Positions 1-12,459 of a stretch of DNA of 64,000 nucleotides are shown in pieces (the first letter of the stretch is position 1; each line of letters starts with the position of its first letter). Source of the stretch: Nageia nagi (taxonomy: Eukaryota > Plantae > Pinophyta); the NCBI GenBank assembly GCA_050084985.1, contig JBITNC010000001.1:5084001-5148000 (forward strand), given 5' to 3'. Made by a program: the position numbers and the translations under genes. The notes beneath the pieces are model-generated. The model was not told where the DNA came from. It saw only the letters and a program-made list of their open reading frames with translations, and did not search any database.

Positions 1-2687
1 AGTATTCTAAAAGGCTAAGTTCATCTCTATAAGTCAAATATCTTTTCTCCATGACCTTGATAGTTCAAATGATATCTCAAAATGATCTCTAGTTTGTCAA
101 GTATTGCAATTTGAAGTTTATTATTTTCATTTTATTATTAGAAATTGTATAATTTTTAGTATTGTAAAAGGATAATAAATATTTACAAAGTTCGTGTAAA
201 AGTTTTATAAGATAAATAATTATTTAATCTCATTAAGTGTGACCAAAATGCCAAGTAAGTAATCAGGTTAAAAAAATGATTTGACAAGTAAAAAGGTGGT
301 GACATCAACATGTTAGTGACTTAGGAATCACATTAATAATGAAGGGTTGCATTAGTTTTGTAGCGCATGTGGCTAGTGGAGCATAGAAAAAACCCACCAA
401 AATATGTGAATAAGGTCTAAGTGAAATTGGAGGTTGGTATTTTGTAATTCACACAACTAACTTGGGATGTCATGCATGTGATAAGGAACCCACATGTCAT
501 GGTAAGTGTCTATACTACCATAAAAATGCCCCCTTTGTATGCTTAATAGTGTAAGAAGTATGATGAGGTCTATTTTTTCAACAACATTAAATGTAATAAA
601 CACTAGGTGTTTATCATTGTGATAAATTCCAAGCATTTATTACACTATTATAAATGATAAACATTTATAAAAATATGAAAAAATTCTAAGTGTTGAAACT
701 TCATACATACAAAAGGGACTTATTTGAACTTATAAATTTGCATTTAAAATCCACTATTTAAACTAGCATACCATACCATCGATGATGAAATCGACCTAAA
801 TCTATTTAATTTTGTAGTTATTCCAGTGCATAAATGTCTAATGTTTATCACTTATTGTCAAAAAAATAAATGGACCCCACAACTATCGTGCACTTGTGAT
901 TGACATTGGTATGATAAGATATTGTGGTAGTATAGATAACTTCACCTATCATGAGTACATAAGTTTTTTGTTAGTTTGGAAGCCATGTAGAAAGATACTA
1001 CCCACCATTAGCCATGGACTTTCCATCTTGGAGATTGTATATTTGAAATTTAACTACTCACTAGTTATGCAAATTTGGGGAAAAGCCGCCTAAGACATGG
1101 TTTTAACTATTCAAAACACTCAACAAAAATATGTCAAGTGTCCTAAATCTACTGGGTCTACCTAATATTGGATATTATTGTATTTTTGGGTGTTCAATTA
1201 TTTTAGAACTTGTAGATGGTTATTTTACCTTTGTAATGAGCCCATACAAATTCCAAAGAGTTTTATTTCGATGATGAAGACACAACAGAGGGTAAGATAT
1301 GATTTTCTATTAAGATTAGATTATTCCTTATTGAGTGTGCAATCATAATATTGTTGTAACCAATTTTTTTATCTCACATCTTCTTAGAAAATTATAAAAG
1401 GAGACTATAGATCGAGGATTATTATGGGTAATGGTAATGGTAATTGATTATTAAGAATGCTTGAGTTTGAAGAGAAAGAGTGTGAATAGTGAGATATTAT
1501 TTTGACATTGATTGAGAGAGGAGTATGAAAGAATATTGTTGGATATATTTGGAGCATTTATATTTAATTTGGTGGAGATTGTATAGTTGTTCTAACAGTA
1601 ATTGGTAAGGGCTTTTGGAGAAGGCTAGTTGTACTTTCACTCCCCATAACTAAGAAAGAGAAGTTTTGGACTGCTAGAATTTTTTTTTACCCAAATCAAT
1701 TTTTCTATATAATAAATATTATATTATCATGGTGATGTATTTTTTCAAAATTTTATTGCATTTTATTTGACAATCTATAATTCAAAATATTAAATCTCAT
1801 CTAGTTAAAATTTTCAAGCATTTATAAATATGTATGTGATGGACCAACAACGCCATAGGCAACTAACTTTTACAAATCCACTAGCACTAGGAGGATTTTT
1901 GGTGCTAGGGACATTGGAGAAATAAGTAACTCATTTTGAAAATAATTTCATTCAATCCTCCTCCAAAAATATGGTGAAGTAACTGATAGCTTTCATAGTA
2001 TAACAAATCCAATCTTGATAGGTGGTGTCTAGAGACACCGATAATTTTTTGAGAGATATGCATAGTCCTAACGAGATTAAATCTTAATTATGTTCCCATG
2101 CATATAATTATCTATTTATAGGACCACGGGATTACCTAAATGCACCTTTGCATGCTACCACCAACGTTGGTGGTCCCTCAAGCATAAAATAAGAGAATCA
2201 TATATAAAAAGTAGCTTTGGTAGATCATAATTGATAATTTAAATATAATATAATATCATATTGATCATAACATAGCAAGGGTCATATGAAAACTAGTTTG
2301 GCCCAAAAAAGGTGCCAAATTAAGTGTCAATAATTGGTCACCTTTGCAAGTTGTAATGAAATAAATTTAAATTATGCTTGTAAAGTAAAGAGAGAATAAA
2401 AAGAAACTCCCTTAATTTTTTGGATCTTCATAGAATCAACAATCTATTGCTAATGTATTTTCCCCCTCTTTTCATTGGTTATTAGTTGAGTGATGAACAA
2501 GAATCAATTGCAAAGAACTTGTGAGAAAATAGAAATACCTTCCAAAGATCATAATAGTAGTGTGTATCATCTTAGAAAATAAGCATGAGAAGAAAAGATC
2601 AATTCAATATAATACGATATGATCTTTCACTATCCATAAATATAACAATGATAAGAGAATCATTAATGAAAAAATTGCAAGAGATTT

Positions 2688-2890
2688 GATCATAACAACA
2701 ATAGTGATGGTTAATAACCCAACCAACAAAGGTGATCATAAAAACAATCATAGTGATGGTTTAGAACCTACCAAAAAAAATGATTAAAAAAGAAATCATA
2801 GCAATAGTTAATAACTCAACCAAAAAAAGTGATCATAAAAGCAATCATAGTGATGCTTAATAACCCAACCAACAAAGGTATTCATAAAAT
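2688..2890. repeat. Degenerate ~49-bp tandem repeat, about 4 copies
   Basis: Unit approx. GATCATAAAAACAATCATAGTGATGGTTAATAACCCAACCAACAAAGGT recurs at 2688, ~2734, ~2782 and ~2831. Confidence 0.8.
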
Positions 2891-2931
2891 AATACTAAAT
2901 ATTCAAAATGAACTATGTCATTGCGGGTATT

Positions 2932-3436
2932 TGTTGATGAGGATATCTTCCTCTCAACCTTCCTTTCTTTTTCTCCTCTAGAAGATGGTTTTTTTCCCAT
3001 GTGGTTTTTCATAATCTATAGAAGAGAGTTTTTCAATTTTGTGTGTAATAGTTATTTTGTACATGAGTACCTCATCAGGCCTACTTGTCAAGACTCATTT
3101 TTTCTTTTCTATCTACACTCCTACCTAGTATCACTTAAGGAGGGGTGTTAGAGTATTATTTTATTTATTACCTAGTTAGGTATCTACATTGGCATTATCT
3201 TAAGTTCACTAGTAGGTGTGCTTAGTTGTCATACTTATTGGGTTGTTTTAATCCGATGGTCAACATTATTTTGATCGTATGGATATTGTTAATTTTACTT
3301 GCTATTTAAGCAAAGTGCATCTTATGTTTAATTCATCCATCATTTTATTCTTTGCAAGCAATACTTTATGTTGTTGTGAAATTCTTTTAGCTCTTGCATC
3401 TTAGGTGAGGAACTTCGTTCTTCCTCTCTCCTTTCA
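2932..3436 (+). repeat. 5' LTR of non-autonomous element
   Basis: TGTTGATGAGG...CTCCTTTCA; aligns by eye to 6570-7073. Confidence 0.75.
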
Positions 3437-6400
3437 TGGTATTTGATCAAATTCAATTTTTTAAAGATATTACAGAGTTTTTACTTGCATTCTAGTGGCA
3501 CCCACAACCTTCATTTGTTGTGTAGTGTATCCTCTTTGGTGTATCATCTCCATGCATTGGTGTCTCATGGTATTTCAACTCTAGGGTTTTATTTGACATA
3601 ATTACATTTCGTGATTCATTTCCTTCTCCTTTGCAAGATCTTGGTCCTCAATGATCTTTTATTTATGATTTCTTTGAGATTGCATTTTTACACTCTTGTT
3701 TGAGAAAGGGTTTCATCGAATCACATCTCAACCATTATGATTCGCTGTGATCTTGGCCTGTATGATCTTTCATGCTTGCGACATCTTCCACGATGGTTCT
3801 CTTTCTATGATAATTTTTCTTTCTCATCGTGACCTTATTGATAAATGATGTGTCAAGCCTATAAAAGGTTCCCACTTCTCCATGATGGTATATGATCATC
3901 TGCGAGCTCTCCTCGATCGTAGATTTTTCTTAACATGTATATTTGTGTTCCAATGCTACGCATACACCTCAAATTCATGTTAGCAGAATATGACATCACA
4001 TTTCTTATGAATTCTTCCCTCTTCTTGGTGGATATATGCTTCATATAATGTGCATGTAGAGGAGTGTGTTGTATTTTGGAGGTTGGTTTGCACCTATGAT
4101 TCATTTTTGGGTGTTTTCTCATCCATTCCTCTTTTGGATACTCGAGATGATTTTTGTGGTTGTCATTTTGTGGCTATCTCTTATAAATATGTATGCAATC
4201 CCCTCATAGCATCATTCCCTACATTCTTCCACTATTGACTCGTAGTGGATTTGCTTCATATGGATGAAGGTGTTGATCTGGTAAGACATCTAGATCTACT
4301 TCATGCGCCCTCCTTGTTTGGAATGTTGAATTGTAGCCCCTCTATGCGATGAATAGATATGGGTTCATTTGGTGTGATTGGTAGTGTGTCCATCTTTTGT
4401 AGGGTTCATTTGGTTTGAGGTAGCATACACATTAGATCTAAAGGTGACCTCCTGGTCCTTCACAAGCGATGCCCCTTTGTTGTTCTCCTCTCCCTTTGAT
4501 CTACTATCAGGATGATGTCATTTTTAATGCTTAAGCTGGCATGGGACCCATGTGTTGACTATGCTGCTCACCTTCCATTGCCACCCCAATGCTAACTAGA
4601 CTACATTTTTAGCATGCTTAGCTAGTTGAAAAATGTCATCTTGAATATAGGCATGATTATTGAAGCTTTGACTTTTGGTAGTAAATCTGGATAGACTTTT
4701 TTGATTTGATCAATTTTAGTTTTTGAATCACTCAAATTCGAGCTTGTTTGGGGAAGTTACGAGCATTTGAAGATTCAATTTTCAATTTAATTTGAGAAAC
4801 TTATGTAATAGTCATATTTCTCGAGAGTGCTCTTTCATCGAGTCCCACTTTCTAGAATGGACACTTTCACAATAGTCCTCATTCCATGTCGATCATTTCC
4901 ATTATAAATATGATCCCATTTGGTCCACTCTACTACGAAAGTTTCATAATTAGATTATTAGTTAAATTAAGTAATTTTAATTTAATTAATTTTCTAAAGT
5001 TTTGGGTCTTTAAATTTTATTATTTTATCTTCATTCAAATTAATTGCATAACTTCTACATGTGGACTCCATTTTGAGTGCCCTTTTTACTATATAGAGCA
5101 GACTTTGAGTACTACTCAATAGAGTTTGTTGTACACCTAAATTATAAAAAAAAAAATTTATGGAAAGCATTTCTTTCATAGAAGACATACATTATGGGGA
5201 TGTCACTTCATACTTGATTATCTTGACAGTGCTTACATTTTTGGGGGGGATAAATTCTTTTGGAAGTATTTTATGATCAATCCTACATTGTTACAAACTA
5301 ACATTATAAAGTTCCAATTTCTTGCTTTATTTGTTATCAACCCATCATGTTTTTCATAGGTGGAGACCACACTTTTTTGTGCATGGGAAGTCACTTTGAG
5401 CTCAATTATCCTTACATTTATGGTTCTTTCTCTAGCCTATCTTCTCATTTTGTGAGACACTTTGAATTCAAGGGGAATTTCTTTGGTTACTTTCATAGTT
5501 CGATGGCTCTTCCATAGAAATCTCCAACATATACCATTACTCCATTGGTTGATTGCACATCCTATCTTTCTTAGCATGAAAGCATTGTTGAGTACTTACG
5601 CTCTCGTGAGCTTCTTCCATATCTTCTTGGTCTAGTTCTAGCACCTATTTTTCAAACATCTAAGTGGCTTGTTTGGCATTCCAATGTATGTGATGTGTGT
5701 TATATCTTCTGCTACAGTATTGATAGTGTTTATCATGACATTTTATCACCTTTTGACTATTCCAAATTGACTTCTTGTGATGAAGATTCCTTGATGCATG
5801 AAGATTCAATGAATGAGGTAAATGTTGAAGAAGATATTATGATGCAAGATGTTTTTGATTCTATTTCAAATAATTTGGAGGACTTTCTTGATGGTATTGC
5901 TTCTGTATTTATAGAGTCACACATTGTTGATGTTGTTGACCTTCATAAGGAGCTTACCTCTTTATTTTATATATCTCCTCATGTTGATCCTTTTGAAGAT
6001 ATTATTATGGTGAGCCTTCCTTGCTTAGATGAGCCACCTTCTTCTCATTATACTACTATTTACTTGGAGCCTTCTCATGCTCCTTTTATCTTACAACATA
6101 ATTTTTGTGAGACTTATTTCAAATCTCCTCCATCTCCATCTTTAGGTAGACTCTTTTTAGGAGATCTTGGAGACTATCTTGAGGTTTCTTTATTTCCTCT
6201 TGCTACTTTCATAGATGTTTCTTTTATGTAGCACATTGAGTCTTTTGACTCATCACATGGTGATCATTTGGTTGTAGTGTCATCACCATCACTATTTGGT
6301 TTGTTGGAAAAATCTTCTCTTTGACATGGTTCACAACTTCCTTTATCATCATCAGTACCAAATTCAATGATGTTCCCTCCTCCTCATACTTTCTTGGATT

Positions 6401-6569
6401 GGGAAGATTTTCAATGTATGCCTTCTAGCTTCTTTCTTCCACATGGGAGATATTTAGTTCGATGATGAGGTATCTATATTCAGTTGGTGATTGTACTTCA
6501 AGAAGCATCATTGCATATATCTTTTCATCACCTTACTTGATTGAGGTGATGGAAGTTTTCCTTGGGGGG

Positions 6570-7073
6570 TGTTTATGAGGACATCTTCTTCTCCACCTTC
6601 CTTCTTTTTTCTCTTCTGGAAGATGGTTTTTTCTATGTGGATTTTCATCATCTACAAAAAAGAGTTTTTTTCATGTTTGTATGTAATAGTCATTTTGTAC
6701 ATGAGCACCTTATCAGGCCTAGTTACTAGGACTCATTTTTTCTTTGCTATCTACACTCCTACCTAGTATCACTTAAGGGGGGGTGTTAGAGTATTATTTT
6801 CTTTAGTACCTAATCAGCTATCTAGGTTGATATTATCTTAAGTTCGTTAGTAGGTGTGCTTAGTTGTCATACTTATTGGGTTATTTTAATTTGATGGTTA
6901 ACATTATTTTGATCATGTGGCTATTGTTCATTTCACTTACTATTTAAGAAAGGTGTATCTTATGTTTAATTCATCCATAATTTATTATTTATAAGTAATC
7001 CTTTATGCTCTTGTGATATTCTTTCAACTCTTGCATCTTGGGTGATGAACTTTGTTTTTCCTCTCTCCTTTCA
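6570..7073 (+). repeat. 3' LTR of non-autonomous element
   Basis: TGTTTATGAGG...CTCCTTTCA, immediately after CTTGGGGGG. Confidence 0.75.
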
Positions 7074-10000
7074 TCATTTTCCTTAGATAACATTAAGAGT
7101 TGTAAATTCATCATAATAAACTATGTCACTGTGGGTACCCTTTTCCCTCGATACCACACATACTAGTGATGGTTAATTATATCCCAACCAATAATGAATG
7201 TGAACATAAACTATTTTGGAACATTTGGAAATCAAGAGCTTTCATTTTCCATAGATTTTTCATTGACATAAGTAACATAAATAAAAGAAACTATATCATG
7301 GTAATTTGAAAGATTTCATCATCCATAAATATATTAGTGATAAAGATCATAAATGAAAGAAACATCGCAAGATCTAGGATGCAACTGTACTTATAAAATC
7401 ATCACATAACTTATAGAAAATTCAAGATTAGAAAATCATAGTAGTATATTATGACAACAAAAGTATAAGTTGAGAAAACTCCTTATATTGGTGCCTTAGG
7501 GCATGCCCCTAGATCTTTTCCTATGAAAAATATTTCCTTTACCTAATTTTTCCCCTAGCATTAACACTAAGTAACATTTTTAACTTTGAGCTTTTTATCT
7601 AATCTTTTGTGACCTCTGACTATCAAATATGAGTTATTTGATTTTGGAACTAGTAGGATAACACTATAATGATAATTTATAATTTTTGTTGAATTTTGAT
7701 GATATTTGATAATTGAGATAATCTTGGACATATTTTGAAAAGATTGCAAAAAACTTGGATAAATTTAGCCAAATTTACATGGACTTAGAACAAACATGGA
7801 CACTTTGGATAGATTAATGATCATAAGAGCATAATGAGCATATTTTTGAAATTTTATGAAGGAGAAGAACAATTTACAAGAGAACATTACTCAAACTTAC
7901 CTTTGGATGAAGAATCCAAAAATAGAAGCCTTTCATGGTGATATGAAATGTGTACTAGTGTTGGTGTTGCATGCAACCTTGGAGCTGTAGAGTATAATAG
8001 ATATGCAATGGATTGTTGAATTGCAACCTTTGTATGATAAATAACTTTAAGAAAACCATAAAAAACCTATATATGGTGAACATTTCTCTTAAATTATCCT
8101 CTAAATGATTGGCCTTTTCTTGGGTGTCAACCTTATTTTTGAATTGCATCTTTTAATAACTTTGACTTGTGGCAATATTTTTTAGAGAATCAAGCAATTG
8201 AAATTGCTTTGAAACTAGTGTAGAAATTTATATGCAACACAATGCTAGTGTTAGGAGGATAAAATACAATTCCTTTGGAGTATATGATCTTGATGTTAAA
8301 TGCTTGCTATTGAAATCACTCTATGCTAAAACACTAAAAATAAATAGACTTACTTATCATTGATCATGTATAGATGGGTTTGAGATGCATGCATGCTTCC
8401 TAAGTACTTAATGATGGTTATACTCTAGAATGAAGTTGATATTTAGAGAATTAAATATACCTAGTGCTCCAATGTAAAATAATTTAGAGGGAACTCAATT
8501 TTACCATAGAACACCTCATCATATTTGAAAACACCCCTATATATATCTTCTTTGAGATTAGAAAAAGAGAAGGCTTTCATGATAAAGGGATTTACCAATT
8601 TTTTACTTGGTCTTAATTTGAAAATATTCCTAAATGTGTCTACATGTATAGAAAAAATCTTATTTCCATAATCATCTAAGAAATATTACATCTTTGTATC
8701 ATATCTCCTTATTAACCAGGTCATTAAATCACTTCATAATTTCACCCTTAAGTATATTAGTTTACCAAGACCCAACTTTCATCTATTGCTCTTGGGAGGT
8801 GGTGCTCTACCCTACTCCCTTCCTTTAAAATATAACTTGGTAAACATATTTGGTGTATAATCAATTGCCTCCATTAGTCCCTAATATCTACTCTCTAGGT
8901 AGGATTAAAACTAATCTAATTCTTATTAATTATTTTATTTATTGACTGATCTTTCTTTATTACATCTTGATTGATAATGTACCCCTATTTTCAAGTGAAT
9001 GAAAGTTATATTTATCTTCAAATTCATGATCATTAACAATGAATATACTTCATAATTTTTGACAAGAGCTCCAATTTTAGTATGGGCCTAACCTAGCAAA
9101 AGGAAACTCTAAAATCACATACTATGAGTACTCAAAATACATTCATTTGAATTGGCTTTCACAGGCTCCTAAGATATTATCTCAACCTGCTTGAAGATTT
9201 TTGGTAATTAGTCAACAATTGTATATTAATAATTTTGCATGATCAATTAGTCACCTTTATTGGTTGGGTAATCAATTATTTACTTATTAATATCTTTTTG
9301 ATTGGACCTTTATACCAAAATTAAATTTTCACTTTTCTAATCATTAATATTATAATCTTGATATGTTCAATTAACTTGATTCAAATGACTCTTAACTAGT
9401 TGTCTAATTACTTATTGAAAATACTAAAATTTTATCATTTTTTTGAACAATTGGATAATCACTATAACATTATACAATACTAAATTAACTATCGAGTAAT
9501 CATATATTTTTCATTGCATGGCTTTAATCTAATCAATTAACACTCCAAGACTACTTACTATTGTTTGGTCAATTATTAGATAGCTTTTTAGTTATCCCAA
9601 TACATTCTTAGTCAATTGTCGACTAACTATTTGATATTTCTTTGACCAAGTAAACATGCTTACCCAACCATCAAGTAACATCTTTTGGCACCTTAGCTAA
9701 TCATAAGGCTTATTTAACTATCGGTTAAGACTTTCCTATCCTTACTCAACCATTGGTTAACAAACTACTTATTCTTTAAGATTAATTTTATGACTTACTC
9801 GATCAAGATAAAGTTGTCATACAAATGAAATTTTGGTAAAGTTAGCTTGTAACAATTTCATAATATGTTGAAAAATTCTGACAAGTTGAAAAGAATGGTT
9901 ATAATGCATCTCTCCAAAGATGGGAAGGGATTTGGAAGCACATAGAATGTGTGAGACTATTAGTTCTCCCATAGGGATTTAAACAAAAAAATGTTCATCT

Positions 10001-12049
10001 TAAGAATACTTAAAAAAAATCCCAAGGTATAATTGGTTGATCCAACAATATTTCATTCCAAAAAAATAAAATGAATCCACAACCTTGGATAGCCAATTCA
10101 ACATTCCATTCCAACCAAATGGAGTGAATACCAATGTCAACCACCATTTGACATTCCTCCTCACATTGATATGCGATGGTTTGGATTTAAAATCCAAAAA
10201 TTAAAACATTCTAATATCTCCCAATACCAACGCTCCCACATGGTGGCAATTATAATAAATCAAACATCATTACTTTGCATGTCCAAGGTCAAAGGTTTCT
10301 ATTGAAAACATTATTCCAATCCTTATTCTACCAAGAAATGATATTCCCTTGAGTATTACATATATTATAGTTAGAATATACAATCAAATAATATGCTTCA
10401 CAACATATGCTTCTATATTTTTAAATACATCAATGTTGCATTATACACTTAATGCCTTAGGCCATGGAGCTGGGTAATTATTTTCAAAATATAACATTAT
10501 AAAACATATATTGGGACCAATAATATTAACGCTCTCAATTCAACATTTCTAATGCCAAAGATGTCATAGTTCTTCAACATAGCATTTCAAACTAAAATCC
10601 ACCTTATGCATTTTATCAATGTTAATATAAATAGTTACATAAATATCTTTTAATGTCCTTTTACATCCATTAGTTTGTAGGACCTATCAAAATTTGTCTA
10701 GAAGTAAATATATATCAATTAAGTATTTGAATGATTATTTCTCATGTAAGAAAAATATTGAACAATGCACAAATATTCCAAGAAAAATAAGAATACTCCT
10801 AAGGACAATTAACCATAATCACTCAAACCCACCTAATGAAAATACATCATTAAAAAAAATTTATAGAACCAATCAAGCATAAAATGATGATGTTTGTTAA
10901 TATAAAAATCACTTAAAACATTCCAATATTATCATATGGTAATATTTTTAAATAAATATTTTAAATAAAACATATCACAAACATTTTATTTCCATGATAA
11001 TGTCATTGTAACATGAAAAAAAGGTAATTCATTATGTTCTCATACCATGATCTATTCATATATGCATATATTTTCATTTAAATACATTAACTCATTTTAA
11101 TGCCAAATATCAAATACTATTGATATCAATGTATGCCTTGGTTTCTTTGACATCATAGGCAATATGAAAATAATTACATTTACTTTATTTTGCAAATATA
11201 TCGTGTACATCATTAAAAATGGTAGCTTGATTTTGCAATGTTAACTCAAGACAAGGTAAGACATCTACTATATTAATCTTGAAGAGACTTATGCAATTCT
11301 TTATGCACTCATATGATTTCCATTCAACAAATATCAACATGTGACTCCTAAGTCTCATACTCTTATGCAATACATTATATGATAAAAGAGAGCAATTACC
11401 ATCTTCATCAGGTTCAAATCATATTTAAGCCATAATGTCATACAAAATATATATTTTAATTTAATATCTATGGAATCGATTTAATGGGTTATGATAATAA
11501 AAACCTTATTACTAAAATCTAGATCCTTATTCCTTAGCATTAATTTAGATATTATATTAATATATCACATAATATTATCTTATTAAAGGTACTTTTAATC
11601 TTATTTTTTATTTTGTAAAATTTAAATGCCATTGAAAAGATTTCAACCATTAAATCAGATCCTTTTATTATAAAGATTAACATTAAATTCTAATAATCAT
11701 TTTATAAAAATTTACAAAGTTTGAAAAATATTGTTGTGAAATTTTATAAATCACATGAAAACTAATATTATATACATGTTAATAATGCATTTTGTAAATT
11801 CCATTTCCTTTTTTATTCTATTATTAATCTATTATCTTCTAATTTCATCCTTTACATTTGAATAATTTACTATTTTTTTCACTTAAATGTAAAAAGATGT
11901 ATTAGTTTTCCAAGGGGTAGTTAAATATGAATTTTAAAACCATCGTACATTTGCCTTAAAAACATTATAAGAGAAATTATTAAAAGACTATTCGATCTAT
12001 TGTTCGAGTATCCAACGCTGATGTGGAAAACATAAACTGAAAGATATCA

Positions 12050-12077
12050 ACGTGGCATTAACTTATATGCCACGTCA
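12050..12077. promoter_or_regulatory. Inverted pair of ACGTGGC (ABRE/G-box-like bZIP) sites upstream of the YIPF1-like gene
   Basis: ACGTGGCA-10 bp-TGCCACGT(CA), about 340 bp upstream of the ATG in a locally GC-richer promoter region. Confidence 0.4.
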
Positions 12078-12405
12078 CAACACAAAATGTTCCAGTTGCC
12101 CACGGTTTGGACAATTCGCTTAAACATGGCCATTGGCACGGCAAGGGTTTGGATCCGAGGGTAGACCGGAAAAAAACCCATTATTTTGAGCAGGAACGTT
12201 TGAAACATACTTGAATGTAACCACAAGGCGCAAACTCCTTCAAAAACAGTTTCGAACGAGGTCAATTTCGGATAGATGGAGAAGGCTAAGTAAATACAAG
12301 AATTTCTGCAGCAATCGAAGTAAAGTGGTTTGAGCACTCAACTTGCAAGCAGAGAAGTGTAATTTAGGAGAATTTGAGGGTTTTAGGTACTGAGAAGCTT
12401 CTACG

Positions 12406-12459
12406 ATGGCGGGAGAGTATTCCAGTCTTCCAACAAGTCACCTTCTAGGCTCTGTACCG
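12406..12459 (+). CDS. YIPF1-like exon 1 (MAGEYSSLPTSHLLGSVP)
   Basis: ATG at 12406; donor CCG|GTAAG; matches the plant YIPF N-terminus xLPTSHLLGSVP. Confidence 0.9.

Larger units (their letters stand above)
2932..7073 (+). mobile_element. Non-autonomous (LARD/TRIM-like) LTR retrotransposon with ~505-bp LTRs and no gag/pol motifs
   Basis: Diverged direct repeats 2932-3436 and 6570-7073, both TG...CA. A degenerate PBS (TGGTAT) follows at 3437 and a G-run PPT at 6564-6569 precedes the 3' LTR. No retroelement protein motifs seen internally; TSD not convincing. Confidence 0.75.

Noticed and set aside
1-2680. Possible decayed LTR/integrase sequence and ORF 896-1093
   Set aside because: No partner LTR, clear PBS or convincing protein motif could be established by eye.
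5695-6231. 178-aa acidic ORF as a host gene
   Set aside because: Lies inside the non-autonomous LTR element, has a non-ATG start, is low complexity and shows no recognisable domain.
7500-11900. Possible decayed Gypsy or DNA transposase fragments (e.g. ORF 10000-10197)
   Set aside because: Only weak, non-diagnostic resemblance; cannot be supported without a search.
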